The notes below the pieces were generated by a model, which was given only the letters and a program-made list of their open reading frames with translations, made no database searches and was not told the origin of the DNA. A stretch of 64,000 bases of DNA from Rotaria socialis (Eukaryota), in contig CAJNYD010000449.1 of the NCBI GenBank assembly GCA_905331295.1, positions 1 through 64,000 on the forward strand, read 5' to 3'. A program made the translations under genes and the position numbers. The first letter of the stretch is position 1, and each line of letters starts with the position of its first letter. This document shows positions 25,535 through 37,332 of this stretch, in pieces.

Positions 25535-28085
25535 TAAGGATGTACATACATATATTACTAATCTAAAATAATTTCATGAATGCCAGAATCATTATTATCA
25601 ATAAAGAAACTTAAAAATTAATTGAAAAAATTTCGAAGCATCCTTTCATATTATACCAATGATACAACTTATATAACATCGAAAATAAAACATTAAAATA
25701 CGAAAATGATTCTGTTTTATTCGACTCTCTATTCTATCTGATCACGTAGAACTGAATTCCATTGAGTATGTGTCATGTTGTTGATGCCAGTTTTTTTTTC
25801 TTATATTTTTGGCTCGTTCGAGCATAATCGTTATCTATCGTCGTTTGAAATGCATACCATCTTGGAACAACATAACGTCTCATCTTCTTTATTCATATAC
25901 GCGCAGGCGCGCATTTTCACTGTATCTTACCCCTCACGAAGTAATTAGAGTGTAAGAGCTTATCGACTACCAATCGAATTCCATTCCGAAAATGCGAATG
26001 AGGGAAAAGAAAAAGAAGAAAAAAAACGAAGAAGAAGAAGAAATAAAGATAGATGATTGATAGGGCACGCGTGTATGTTCACCAGACCAACTCGATGATC
26101 ATGTTTGTTTGTTTAACGTTTGCCACATTCATAATCAATTCGATCATCACCTACACACATACACGACAGAGATTAATTTCTGTTTCATCTTCTCGGACAA
26201 CAAATAGACATTTGCGCAACAATTTTGTGGCGATTCAAGAGAACGAGGTGACTTGATTGCCTTTTGTTTAATAGAAAGATTGTACAAAACATGTCGCTCA
26301 TTATTGACACAACTTGATAGTAGTGGTGGACATTGACATTTGCTCGAAGATCATTACGATACACATGTGAAACAACACGCATGTATGCAAAACTCGTTAC
26401 AAAAGAGCAAAATTCTTTTCGAGTTTTTCTTTTGCCATCTATTATTAATGATGGATAGTCTAGAAATAATTACAGTATCAGTATTTTCTTTTCTTTGGCA
26501 GATATGATCTATTGAATTTGTGTGGCCAAATTAATTTTGACTTTCCTTTTTGTTATCAGATTGGCGGTATTGAACAGTAAAAGTCATTTGTTCTATTTTT
26601 ATTGACTCACTAGGCGTGTTTAAATAAATTAAGAAATAAAATGCTGATACATTCTTTTAGTTTGATATTAAATGATAGAAAATGTTCAATTCAATAGTGT
26701 TGCATATTTGTCTGCGAATTGAATAAAAAAAATGAAAGCATAAGAGAACTCCCGGTGTGATGAAGAAAAGTTTGATGTAATTAAAATGAATTTTATGATA
26801 AATGATATGTATTCAGATAACAACGAAGAGTTCATTATCATTGATAAAATCTTAATGCGCAGCTGGCGTAATTAATTTAAAGTAAGTTGTAATTTCAAAA
26901 CGAGAGTTGATTTTAGTTAATTTTCAAAAAATGTTGTATGCAATTCAATTATTGAGTCTAAAAGAGAAAAGAAATGTTGTCTTAATTCGAAATGTAAAGT
27001 TTACATTTATGTGTAATCTCTTGCGAACGAGTTTAACTTTGATCGGCGCACAAACATGTTATCTGTATAATAAAACAAATTAACTTGTTTGTTTTATATT
27101 TCATTATAAGTTTCATTGTTACGCCTTTATCGCTTTCAATACTAGTTAATTATTTAACTTGATAAAATAATTACAAATACATTTAATTTTATAGTTATGA
27201 ACTGCATTTTACTTTTTGCGTGCTCTTTAATGTATATTTTTTAATCATCAACATTGACAATTTGGAGAGTTTAAGTCGCATTGTCATGTGAAATCTGTTT
27301 AGATGATTGATTGCCAAAAGAGTTGAATGTTAACTATTCTATAAATGACATCATTTTCAACATTTCATCTAGTAAAATTGGTTTATTAATTTCTGTCATA
27401 ACAAATAAAAACAATATGAATCAAAATTTTGATTCATCTTATTGTTTTTACTATTCTTTTAGATAATAAATAAAATTATCAGTTATTAAATCTATTGTTA
27501 TATTAATAGTGACTGTATGGTTTGTTCGGATATAATGTAGATTTAGAATTTTTAGATGCATTCCTTGGTTCAGATTCGTTTAGACAAACAAAATTTCTTT
27601 GTTACTATCGAATGAAAAGTATATTATAGGGAATTTGTAAAAATTCAAAAATTCTTACCATATATGATATGTTGTTGAAATTCGCGAGCAAAACTAAGAT
27701 TTTAAATTTCAATTGAGAACTAGCACACGAACAACTTTTCAGATATCTAAATATATTTATTCTATCCCTTAGTTTTTGAATAATCTAGCAGTAGATCCTA
27801 TCAATTTCATAAATTATAATTGAAATAATTATACAGTATTTTATTCTCTTCTGATAGATTATTTCTATCGGACAGAGTTATGCAAAAAAGATATCAGCTT
27901 TCTATTAATTAATCAATATTCAAAATGATCGTATATGACTTTCTATTTCTTACTCTCCTATGAATTTATATTCATATAAATCTGAAGTCATATAAACATA
28001 AAATAACAATTTAAAGCATTTTTATTATTGATATTTATTTTTAGAAATCAACATTATTATTTGTACTGCCAGCAAGACTATTCTT

Positions 28086-29634
28086 TCAGTAGTTGATTTT
28101 TAAATAGTTGTCCATTTGGATAAACGTATTTTGTTGTAACAAATTTTCTATCGATTTGTTCTAATCGATAAATGGATTGAAATATTCGATAGACAGAAGG
28201 TAATGGTAAAGAAATTCCAATTAATCCTTCAAAAACAAAAAGAAGAAAACAATGGTAATAAATTATTCATTTTTTAAATCTCTCAATAGATTGCATTACC
28301 TATTCCAGCAAGAATTGAGCAAAGAATTTTCCCAATCGGTGACACTGGCACACGTTTAGCATCGCCAACAGTTATTGTTGATATAGTAACAATATTAAAT
28401 AAATCTTCAAGACGTGTTACATAAGCATGATCCCAATTTTTTTCAATAACTTGTATAATAACACCAAATGTAAAAACAAAAAATAATATTATGAAGCCAA
28501 TAGACAGAATATATTTAATTGCATTGACAGTACCATAAAAAAGAATTCGTAACGATTTAACATACCGACAAAGACGAAAAAATCTACATAAACGTAATAT
28601 CATTAAATATTGGAATAATTTAAGATTAAAAAATGGATCTTGTTTATCATCATTCGATATATTCATTTCCATCAAAATCAAATAAATCCAATTAATACAT
28701 AATGTAAATAAATCGCAAAGATTTATTAATGAAATAAATGTTATCCATTTATGAGGTGACGAAGTTAAACGAAAAATATATTCGAATGTTATGAGAGTAG
28801 TGCATACTAAAGCAAAACAAGAAAAAACCAACTGGCCAATTAATAATAAAATGGTTACATTAATAACAAACATTGTTCAATTATAAGAATTCGAGAACCA
28901 ACAGTTTTCGATGGACGAAAATCAAAAAATGTATTATCACAGTTAGTTGAATCATGTTTAATTGATAATTTATGACAAATAACTTTATCCCTTGATATTT
29001 GTGGAATAAGTTCAATGGAAATATTTAAACAAAACAGTAAAGAAATAATTAAACAGTTTAATTGAATCTAAAGAAATACACTAGAAAAATTTTCGCCGAT
29101 TTTAATAAAACTTACAACTTGAGCTTTCAATGAATAGTCATTATATTCTAATGAAATCCAAATAGCTCTGAGAATAGGATTTTCTGGTACAACACGATGG
29201 TCATGATCATGATGATGATGATGATTAATTAATTCTTGATTGATTTCAGTATCATAACAATGTTCAATGGTTTCATTATCTAATTGAAAATATTTTAGTT
29301 CTTCAAAAAATATAATTGGTTCATATATTGTAGGTACAACTAATTTGCCTGTTTCATAATAATTAATAATTGCTTCAAAAGAAATAATATGTCGATCAAT
29401 AATGTATTGTTGTTTTACTTTGTTATAGAAAGACGTACGTCGTTTAGGGTCACCTAGATAGAAGAAAATAAAGTATTATAACTATTTTGGTTTTGAACAA
29501 TTAACATAAATATAACCGAGAAGTGTATTTGGAAAACGATCAAGAGAAGTTTCTCGAATAAGAAAAATAGTACCAAGACAATTGAATTCAATTAAATTTT
29601 GATTTTTCAAAGAAGAAATATGAGAAGTAGTCAT
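28086..29634 (-). CDS. Shaker (Kv1)-like voltage-gated channel subunit with divergent pore
   Basis: T1 domain (LDRFPNTLLGDPKRR..YIIDRHIISFEAIINYYETG.L..P...IFFEELKYFQL), S2 IEQLCTTLITFEYIFRL, S4 LRLCRFFRLCRYVKSLRIL, pore TISTITVGDAKRVP, S6 GISLPLP. The frame stays open across four introns. Confidence 0.85.
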
Positions 29635-30779
29635 ACTAAGAACTAGTGATTGAACATTTGTATCAATGATAGCTTCAACTGTTCTTCGCGCTTTTTACTC
29701 TGTCAAAATATTTTTTCGATCAATCATTACTAATATCCAATAAATGAATAATGTCGTAGTTACGATACTTACGTTGATTAGAAGCTCGTATTCGTGAAAT
29801 TGATCTCTTATGTTCAACGAAATAAATATTTTAAGGAGTGACAGTCTAGGTTATTATTTGAATCTATTATTTTTTCAAATTTAGTGAAATACGTATATGT
29901 TTGTAGTACAAAACTAATCAATTTTGTTTATTTGTATGTTTGTGTACAGCTATTTCATTAATTATGACAAAAAATATTGTTCGCGTAATCCCATTATGAT
30001 GAAAATATTAAACACAATTCAGTTGTTATTGCTTAGCACAGCAATCGTTGTATTCTATCTGTATCAGGACAATCGTGTTAACCATAATTTAACCTAATCC
30101 TTGCAATATGCCATGCAAAAGTGTAGTTCATGTACTACAACGAGCTGTCATTCTCATTACGGTCTGTATAGAGTATCCATCGTCAACCCTGCTCTTTAAT
30201 ATTCCTTTAACATCATGCTTCAAAAGAAAAAATGTATTCTTCATTATTCGGATCTAATTCTATAGATAGTATGACATCTGTAAATAATATGATGAGTTTA
30301 AGATTCTTTTAAATTAACTATAATTTCAATTGAATTCTATTTCTATAGCAGAGATAGTGTTGATTTTTTTTTCTTCAACTGGAATGGAACCGAACAGAAA
30401 TCGAAGGAAGAAAATTTATATGAAGTATATAACTACAAATAAAGACTTTTTTTGTAATTACAAGTCTTTATTCTTTATCTTTAGCAAAAAACTAATTAAT
30501 CTTTTCACAATCATTAGGAAAATAATAATAAAAAGAATGTCACATGCATACTTTTCATATTTATCATAATGTGTCAGTCGCTTCTTAATATACATTATGT
30601 CTTTGGTTGAATACAATCTAGAATTCTTATAAAACTTACATTTTCGTCAAGAAGCAGAGCATGATCCAAAAATCATGTGTTTTCGACTGTGCATAATGTA
30701 ACAAGCACAGGAAATATCTATGTTATTTAAAGTGTAAAGCTTATTCAGATGTTTAACTTTATGAGCAATCCAAGCAGAC

Positions 30780-30946
30780 AAAAGTTTTCGAAAACGCGTT
30801 GAAATACACAAAAAAAAGGTAAAAAATTGAGAGAAAATGGGGGTGTCTGAATGACAATCGGGTCCTCTACGGTCAGTGAAAAGTATCTATTTTTCGCCCT
30901 TGTTGTGCGTTTAAACTCGTTTTCAGAAAATTTGATCATCTTGTGA
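30780..30946. mobile_element. Possible fragment of a Helentron/HINE-like or other interspersed repeat
   Basis: GC-richer patch ending ...TTTGATCATCTTGT. No paired termini or TSD seen; boundaries approximate. Confidence 0.25.
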
Positions 30947-31359
30947 AACGAAAGTTTAAATGGCATACAAATGAATTGTTTTATTAGATTTATTAATCTG
31001 CCATCAAGGACAAAGATTTCATGGTAATTAAGTATTGACAGCAATATATAACTTCTTTTTATTGACTCATGAAGTTATTCTTTCAGCTATCATTTATAAG
31101 AGTTCTAAAAGTACGAAAAATCTATCATTACTAACGTAAAGGAAATGTTCTATTTCATACTTATTATTTTTTCATATTATTTTGCATTTTCTTTATTATA
31201 AAGTTACTGTAGCGTTTCAATGTTTTATTTTGCTCGTTGAAATTATTAGTTGTAATGATTTGTCGAAGAATAGAAAGCAATTCACTAAAAAAGAGGACAC
31301 ACACACACACACACACATTTGTAATCTAGTTAGAAAGGGCAACATATAATGTTATTTCT

Positions 31360-33834
31360 TTATCTATGACGAGATTTATCATTGACAATAAAAATATTTT
31401 TCGCTGAACCAACAATCATATTTGGCCGATTTACATCTGTATCAGCACAATAGACAGCATTTTCAAGATCTGTTATACCACCGACCATCTATTGATTTTT
31501 TAGAAGAAAAATCATAAACAAAAATTAGAACCTTACTAAATATGCTATCATTACCTGTAATATTGAATAATCATAAATAATGGCTTCATTCTTATCATTA
31601 CCAGCACATAAGATATATTCTTTCGGGCAGAATTTCGTACAATAAAGCTACAACACAAAAATGAAGGAAACAACAAAATCATAATATCAAAATAACTGAC
31701 CATAGAAGTTGCATTGTTTTGAAAAGCATCTTTAATTAATTCACCAGTTGAAAAATCCCAAATCTGAACATAATTAACATAGGGACTTTCATTTTCTATA
31801 TGTCTTCATACCTGCAATGTTGAATTTTTTCTCCAAGAACCAGTTAAAATAACTTGATGTTCAGCAATAATATCTAAAGCATCACCACATAAATGAGGAC
31901 CAGCAAAATGTTTTTGTGAATGTGGTGCACGTTCATCCCAATAATGAACAGTTTCATCCCATCCACCAGTAAGAAAAACAGTTTCCATAGCTGGATGTGA
32001 ACGAATAGCATGAATACGATTTTTATGACCATCCATACTTTCTCGGCTCTCTCTATTTTTTTTAAATTTTAATCACAGATAAAAAAAGAGAACTAATTAA
32101 TCAAAACTAGATATCTTACGATGCTTGTGATTGTCGAATTAATTTTTTTGTAGTAAAATCATAACAATTAATTACACAATCACTACCTAGTTTCGAAAAA
32201 AAAACACAATAAATTTATTGTTTGTTCTGACAAAATATTTTACCAGCAACATATAATCGTGTATAGTTGCAATTAAAATCAAGTGTTAATGGCTGCCGTG
32301 ATTTTTCATCGAATGTATAAACACATTGTTGAGTTGGATAATGCCAAACTTTAACATAGCCAGCCGTATCTATATAAAATAAAAATTATTTTTGAAAAGA
32401 AAAGAAAACTTCTCTCAATTCGATTATACTTACAAGTACCAGCTAACATTTTTTGGTGATCGGCTTTTAAGTCGTCTTTGCTTGCATAAAACTTGAGACA
32501 TGTTACTGGATAACCTAATAAACACGAGAACATTTCATTATAAACTATATTGCGAATAGATTTTTTTTTTCATTTACGTCTTGTTTTTGTGTCATCATCG
32601 GTGAGAACATATTGAAATTGACCAGTTTTTGAGTAGATCTACAATGATAGGAAGTAAATATAATCAATAACTCAGATCGTTCATTTCAAATCAACAACTG
32701 ATTGAATGATTCTACGATAAATTAAATTTTCATAGATATGTGCAAAAGCATGATTTCATTTATTTTTGTACAAGTATATATTTCAATGCAGATATTTCCT
32801 TTTTGTTGATAATAAAATGACTACTTCACTGAAATATATATGCAAATAGTTCTTATCAAGAAAAAAAATTATTTATAACAGAACATGAATAATTAATGAA
32901 TAACATCAAAATATTTCAAAAATAAAGTGATAAAATCAAATGAATATTTTGTAATCTCAAAAAAATCAAGAATTACTTTGGATTTAGAAAATTGTTTTTT
33001 CTTCAATAAATCGAAAATGACCTATTTATATTACTGTATAGTACCTATTATAAATTAATAATATAAAATTTCTCGCTCGGAATACTAATATTGATATTTC
33101 ATGCATGAATTAATTATAAACTCTGGATACAAAACACATTTCTTAATTATTTATGAAGCTAAATAGATGTTTTAGGTTTTATTTTCAAAAATGAAATCTG
33201 ATCTAAAAAATTTATAATCTACTTTTAACATAAATACTATAGAATGGAAAAGAAAACTGTGATGAGATTGACTTTTTTTTGTATATTCAAATTTCCCGTA
33301 ATACGTAAGAACCTGCTCGTTCCTTCTAAGTAAAACAACCAACATGCTTAAAATCAACTGAAGGCCACTAATGAAATGTGATAAATAGAAAAAGTTTTCT
33401 TTACAAGTCAATATTCAACATCTATGAAACTCACCTTAATCGTACCATTACCTAAACCAACAGCAAACACATCTCCAGTAGGACTGTATTTACAGCATAG
33501 TACGTATTCTTCACAGTCCCTATAATGAGATTAATTATTCATTTTTGTGATTCACTCAGGTTAGTTCGCCATTATCTTACACAACATTAGCCAATTCGAA
33601 ATCACCTAACATTAAATGTTTCGGACGTTGATCAACTACTTTGGTAGTTGACATTCGACGTGTACGAGTCGCTCCCGAAGTGTCACTATTAGGGAATGAA
33701 ATCGAAGGACGCCGTTGATCACCTAATTGATTATATGAATAATTATAAGCAGAGACAAAAGGATCAAATGAACAAAAAATTGACGGATTTCAAGGAAAGA
33801 TTAACTGACCAACTGTTTTTGATGGTGTTGTCAT
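31360..33834 (-). CDS. WD40-repeat protein (subfamily not identified)
   Basis: Spliced repeats: CCKYSPTGDVFAVGLGNGTIK, GYPVTCLKF, GHKNRIHAIRSHP..VFLTGGWDETVHYWDER, ILTGSWRKNSTLQIWDFSTG. Ends ..NDKSRHR-TAA. Confidence 0.85.
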
Positions 33835-35499
33835 TGTGCGTTGATTAATAAGCTTATGCCAAACTTTAAATTCACCTTTAGGACGATTCCTTCCTTTTGT
33901 TTTACGTTCACGTTTCTATTCGAATATGCACAATTTCAATTAATCAGTCACAAAATCATATTTCAATTTGTTATTCTTTGTTGTTTAAAGAGCAAATAAA
34001 ACTGACTGATGGAATAAAGAAAGTGTTGCAAGAAAATTAAAAGAACGAACAAAGTGAAGAATGGTGAAGATCATCAAAACTGCACGGCAACCGAGTAACA
34101 AAGACGAGAAAAGAAGAGAAAAAAATGAGAAAAAAAACACCCTTATAGTCAGTATGAAAATCGACGACCGTTTTGATCTATATTACGTTCTTTTTTTCTT
34201 TTTTTTTAGCCATAGAAGAATATTGTATCGTACACATATTGTTGTATGAATTTATATTAATTATATCCTTGATTTGATCATTGTAAAATTTCACGTCGCA
34301 CAAAATCAAAAAATATGACGATGACGCAAATGTTTATTTTAAAAGAAAATGTTTTTAAAAAAACCTTGATTGTGCGTGTGTACGTATGTGTAGATGGATA
34401 TTTTTCTTCAAACGACTCGGAAGTGATTCAATAATCTCACTACGTTTATCGAAAACGTTAATTCAAGATAGATTATTGTAATGGTTGATTTCAAGTGCAC
34501 ATCTCGAAAATGAACCTCTCTCATCATTATCATCATCATAACCATCAAGATCATTTCAATCAACACAATAAGCGATAAAATTATCCAAGATAAAATCATA
34601 AATTTCATAAATAAAATCACGGATAATATTGTCATTGACTTCCTGTTATGACATATTTCATTTTATCGTAGTTATGATTAGTTACAATTCGGATGTGACG
34701 TTAAATGATCGATACGGTAGAGAACGACTCAAGCGTCAAGTAGACGCACTATCACATATGTGTTGTCATCAACATGAAAAGTGTCGATAGATTGGACATA
34801 ATGCAAGAAAAATATTTTCCATCATATTCGTGCATAGCATATGATTCTCTGATTCTAAAGTCATATGTTCTAGTAGCTAATTGATAACTTCTAATTTTAA
34901 TCATTGATACTGTCGATCAATACAAACGTTTTCAAAATTCATAATCTCCTATTCACTACGATTATTTTTACAGATGTGAAAAATTTTAAAGAACAGGAAA
35001 TGTTCTGATACAAATACAATGTAGTCTGTAAGAATTGAAATTTGAGTTATATTCTGTTGCTTTAAAGTATAGGACAGCTCTTGATTCGATATTAGATATT
35101 ATATGTATTTGAGTTGCAAGTGTGAAGCCAAAATATAATAGAGAAAAAGATTGTGTACGTGAAGACTCCAACTACAGAAATGAAACAGGTAGAATTAAGT
35201 GCATCAAAAATTGATAAAAATGAAATATGAGACATGCTTGTTGAAAAAGTGTCAAATTATTTCGTAACATTTTGAAATAGACAATAATTACCTGACTTAA
35301 TTACGCGTTATAAAAAATGTTGGATTGATTGACATTACTTTAAACTTAACAAAATGAATTATATCTTATGGATTTTCATGGACTGATACAGTTATACACA
35401 ACTGTATTTGCAATAAATTTATTAAACATATATAAGTTATATAAATTGACTTTTACGAAAAACAATTTAAATTAGAATTTAATTCTAATCTGAAATCTA

Positions 35500-36017
35500 G
35501 GATTTAGCCTCGATTCGTCCCAGTTTGGTACCATACCCAACTCGTCCCAATATATATTTTTCTTAGCTCGTCCCTGATTGTTTGCCAATTAATATAGTAT
35601 GTTATAGAGAAAGAACTATTTATTATCAAAGAAAAATACGATTACATTAACGCTATTACTGTATTTATTGTTCTATTTCTTGGCCAGTTTTATTTTCCCT
35701 CTTATTTGTATACTGATGTCTTTCAAAGTTCAACGCAGACTTTGAACGTTCGCTCTATGTGAACTTAAGCATGATAGTTATTTGGCTTACTAGAGAAATA
35801 AAAGAAATTTTCTTTGCGCTCGTTGTTTTCCAAGCTGCTTTCGTACTGCACAGCAGACCAACGAGATATAAGGTATCATGATTATTATACTGAACATCAT
35901 CCAATAAATGCTGCTAATCACGAAATTTCGAAAAATTAGATTCCAATTAAGCATGGAACGAATTAGGAGTCAATTACAACAGGACGAATTTGAAATGGGA
36001 CGAATCGGGTAGCGACC
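35500..36017. mobile_element. MITE with GG...CC termini and 8-9 bp TSD (Merlin/MULE-like)
   Basis: GAAATCTA(G) flanks both ends (35492 and 36018). The left CGATTCGTCCCA pairs with the right TGGGACGAATCG; subterminal TCGTCCC repeats. Confidence 0.75.
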
Positions 36018-36344
36018 GAAATCTAGTTGATTCAGATTTTCACTTGGAAAAAACTTATCTTTTCTGGCTGTTGCTTTTAGACGATAACATTTTATTTTGC
36101 TAAAATATAAAACTAAAGCCAGAGATTGTGATATTTTGTTTTCTATTAAATATTTTACTAGAAGCAAACAGGAAGATATAATGTGAAAATATACATGTAT
36201 GTGAGAGTGTAATTTTTTCTAGAAACGTTATTTCATCATGCATACTAAGTATAAAATGTTGCTATATAATTTGTGACAATCTTTATCAGGTGTAAAAAGA
36301 ATTTTATTTAATATAAAAAGTAGTTTCTTTTAAAGCATTCATAC

Positions 36345-36470
36345 CAGAGACGTGCACAGGGCAGGACGGTCCTGTTGTCCTGGTGCCCTGTCCTACCGCC
36401 CGCCAGTACTAAGGTAGCCAACAGGACAGGCACGAACAGGAGAAAAAATTATGTCCTGTGCGCGTCTCTG
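36345..36470. mobile_element. 126-bp hAT-like MITE
   Basis: TIRs CAGAGACGTGCACAGGGCA / TGTCCTGTGCGCGTCTCTG, 8-bp TSD ATTCATAC / ATTTATAC, internal CAGGAC/GTCCTG repeats. Confidence 0.85.
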
Positions 36471-37332
36471 ATTTATACATTTCCTTTTCAGAAAATCCAT
36501 ATTTGTAAACATTCAATTAACGATTAATTTAATTTAATCTCTAAGAGAAATGCTGGTAAAATGCATTGACACACTCGTTTCTGCTGTTTATAAGAATAAA
36601 TTGTAAAGTATTTTTCTAATTACTATTTCTTCATGTATCATTTCTGGTATGATTATTAGAAAAAAACTTTATATACACATGAAACTCAAATAGGTAATTG
36701 ATAAGATGCTATAGATGTTGTTCTCAGCCTAATGCTGTTGCTACTACATAGAGAGAAATGAATACGATACGACGATCTATATATTCTTTTTTCGTTGATT
36801 TCATTGTCATGTATTTGTAACATTATTTCTGAAGAATAAAATAAAAACAGAAGCAAAAATACCTAAAGAAAATATGAACATCCAAATCTTTTACGTGACT
36901 CTCGAATGGAACTTGTAGTTATTTACTGATGAATACACATAAAACTGATGACGTATAAAATATCAAATATAATTGATACAACTATTTTTAGTTTCAAATC
37001 AAATAATGACGAAAAAAAAAAGTCATTGTTTGAAAAATTGCATCTGACCAAACATCAGCACGATAGAGTATATTGTTTTTTGAAAAAGCACCTAATAAAA
37101 GATATAGTGAAAACGGTATTAAAGTAGAGAATATTTTCTGGTTGTTGAATTATTTGAGAATGATCAAGAGGAACCGTTGAGTCGATTTTGTTTTTATCAC
37201 GCCTTCTGATCTAATATTCTGTAAAATGATGCTATTTTAGGTTTGATTTCAATCTACTATTTACTATTTTATTAATTCTTTATGTGATCATACTCATCGG
37301 TAAGTATGGCATTTTTACTTTTATTTTTATTT

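Noticed and set aside
28800..28873. Apparent frameshift in S2 of the Kv gene
   Set aside because: Resolved by a phase-1 GTTTGT...TTAG intron that gives IEQLCTTLITFEY.
34712..34790. Plus-strand RLKRQVDALSHMCCHQHEKCR resembling an insulin A-chain
   Set aside because: Lacks the final Cys, a B-chain and a signal peptide, and the opposite strand explains the region at least as well.
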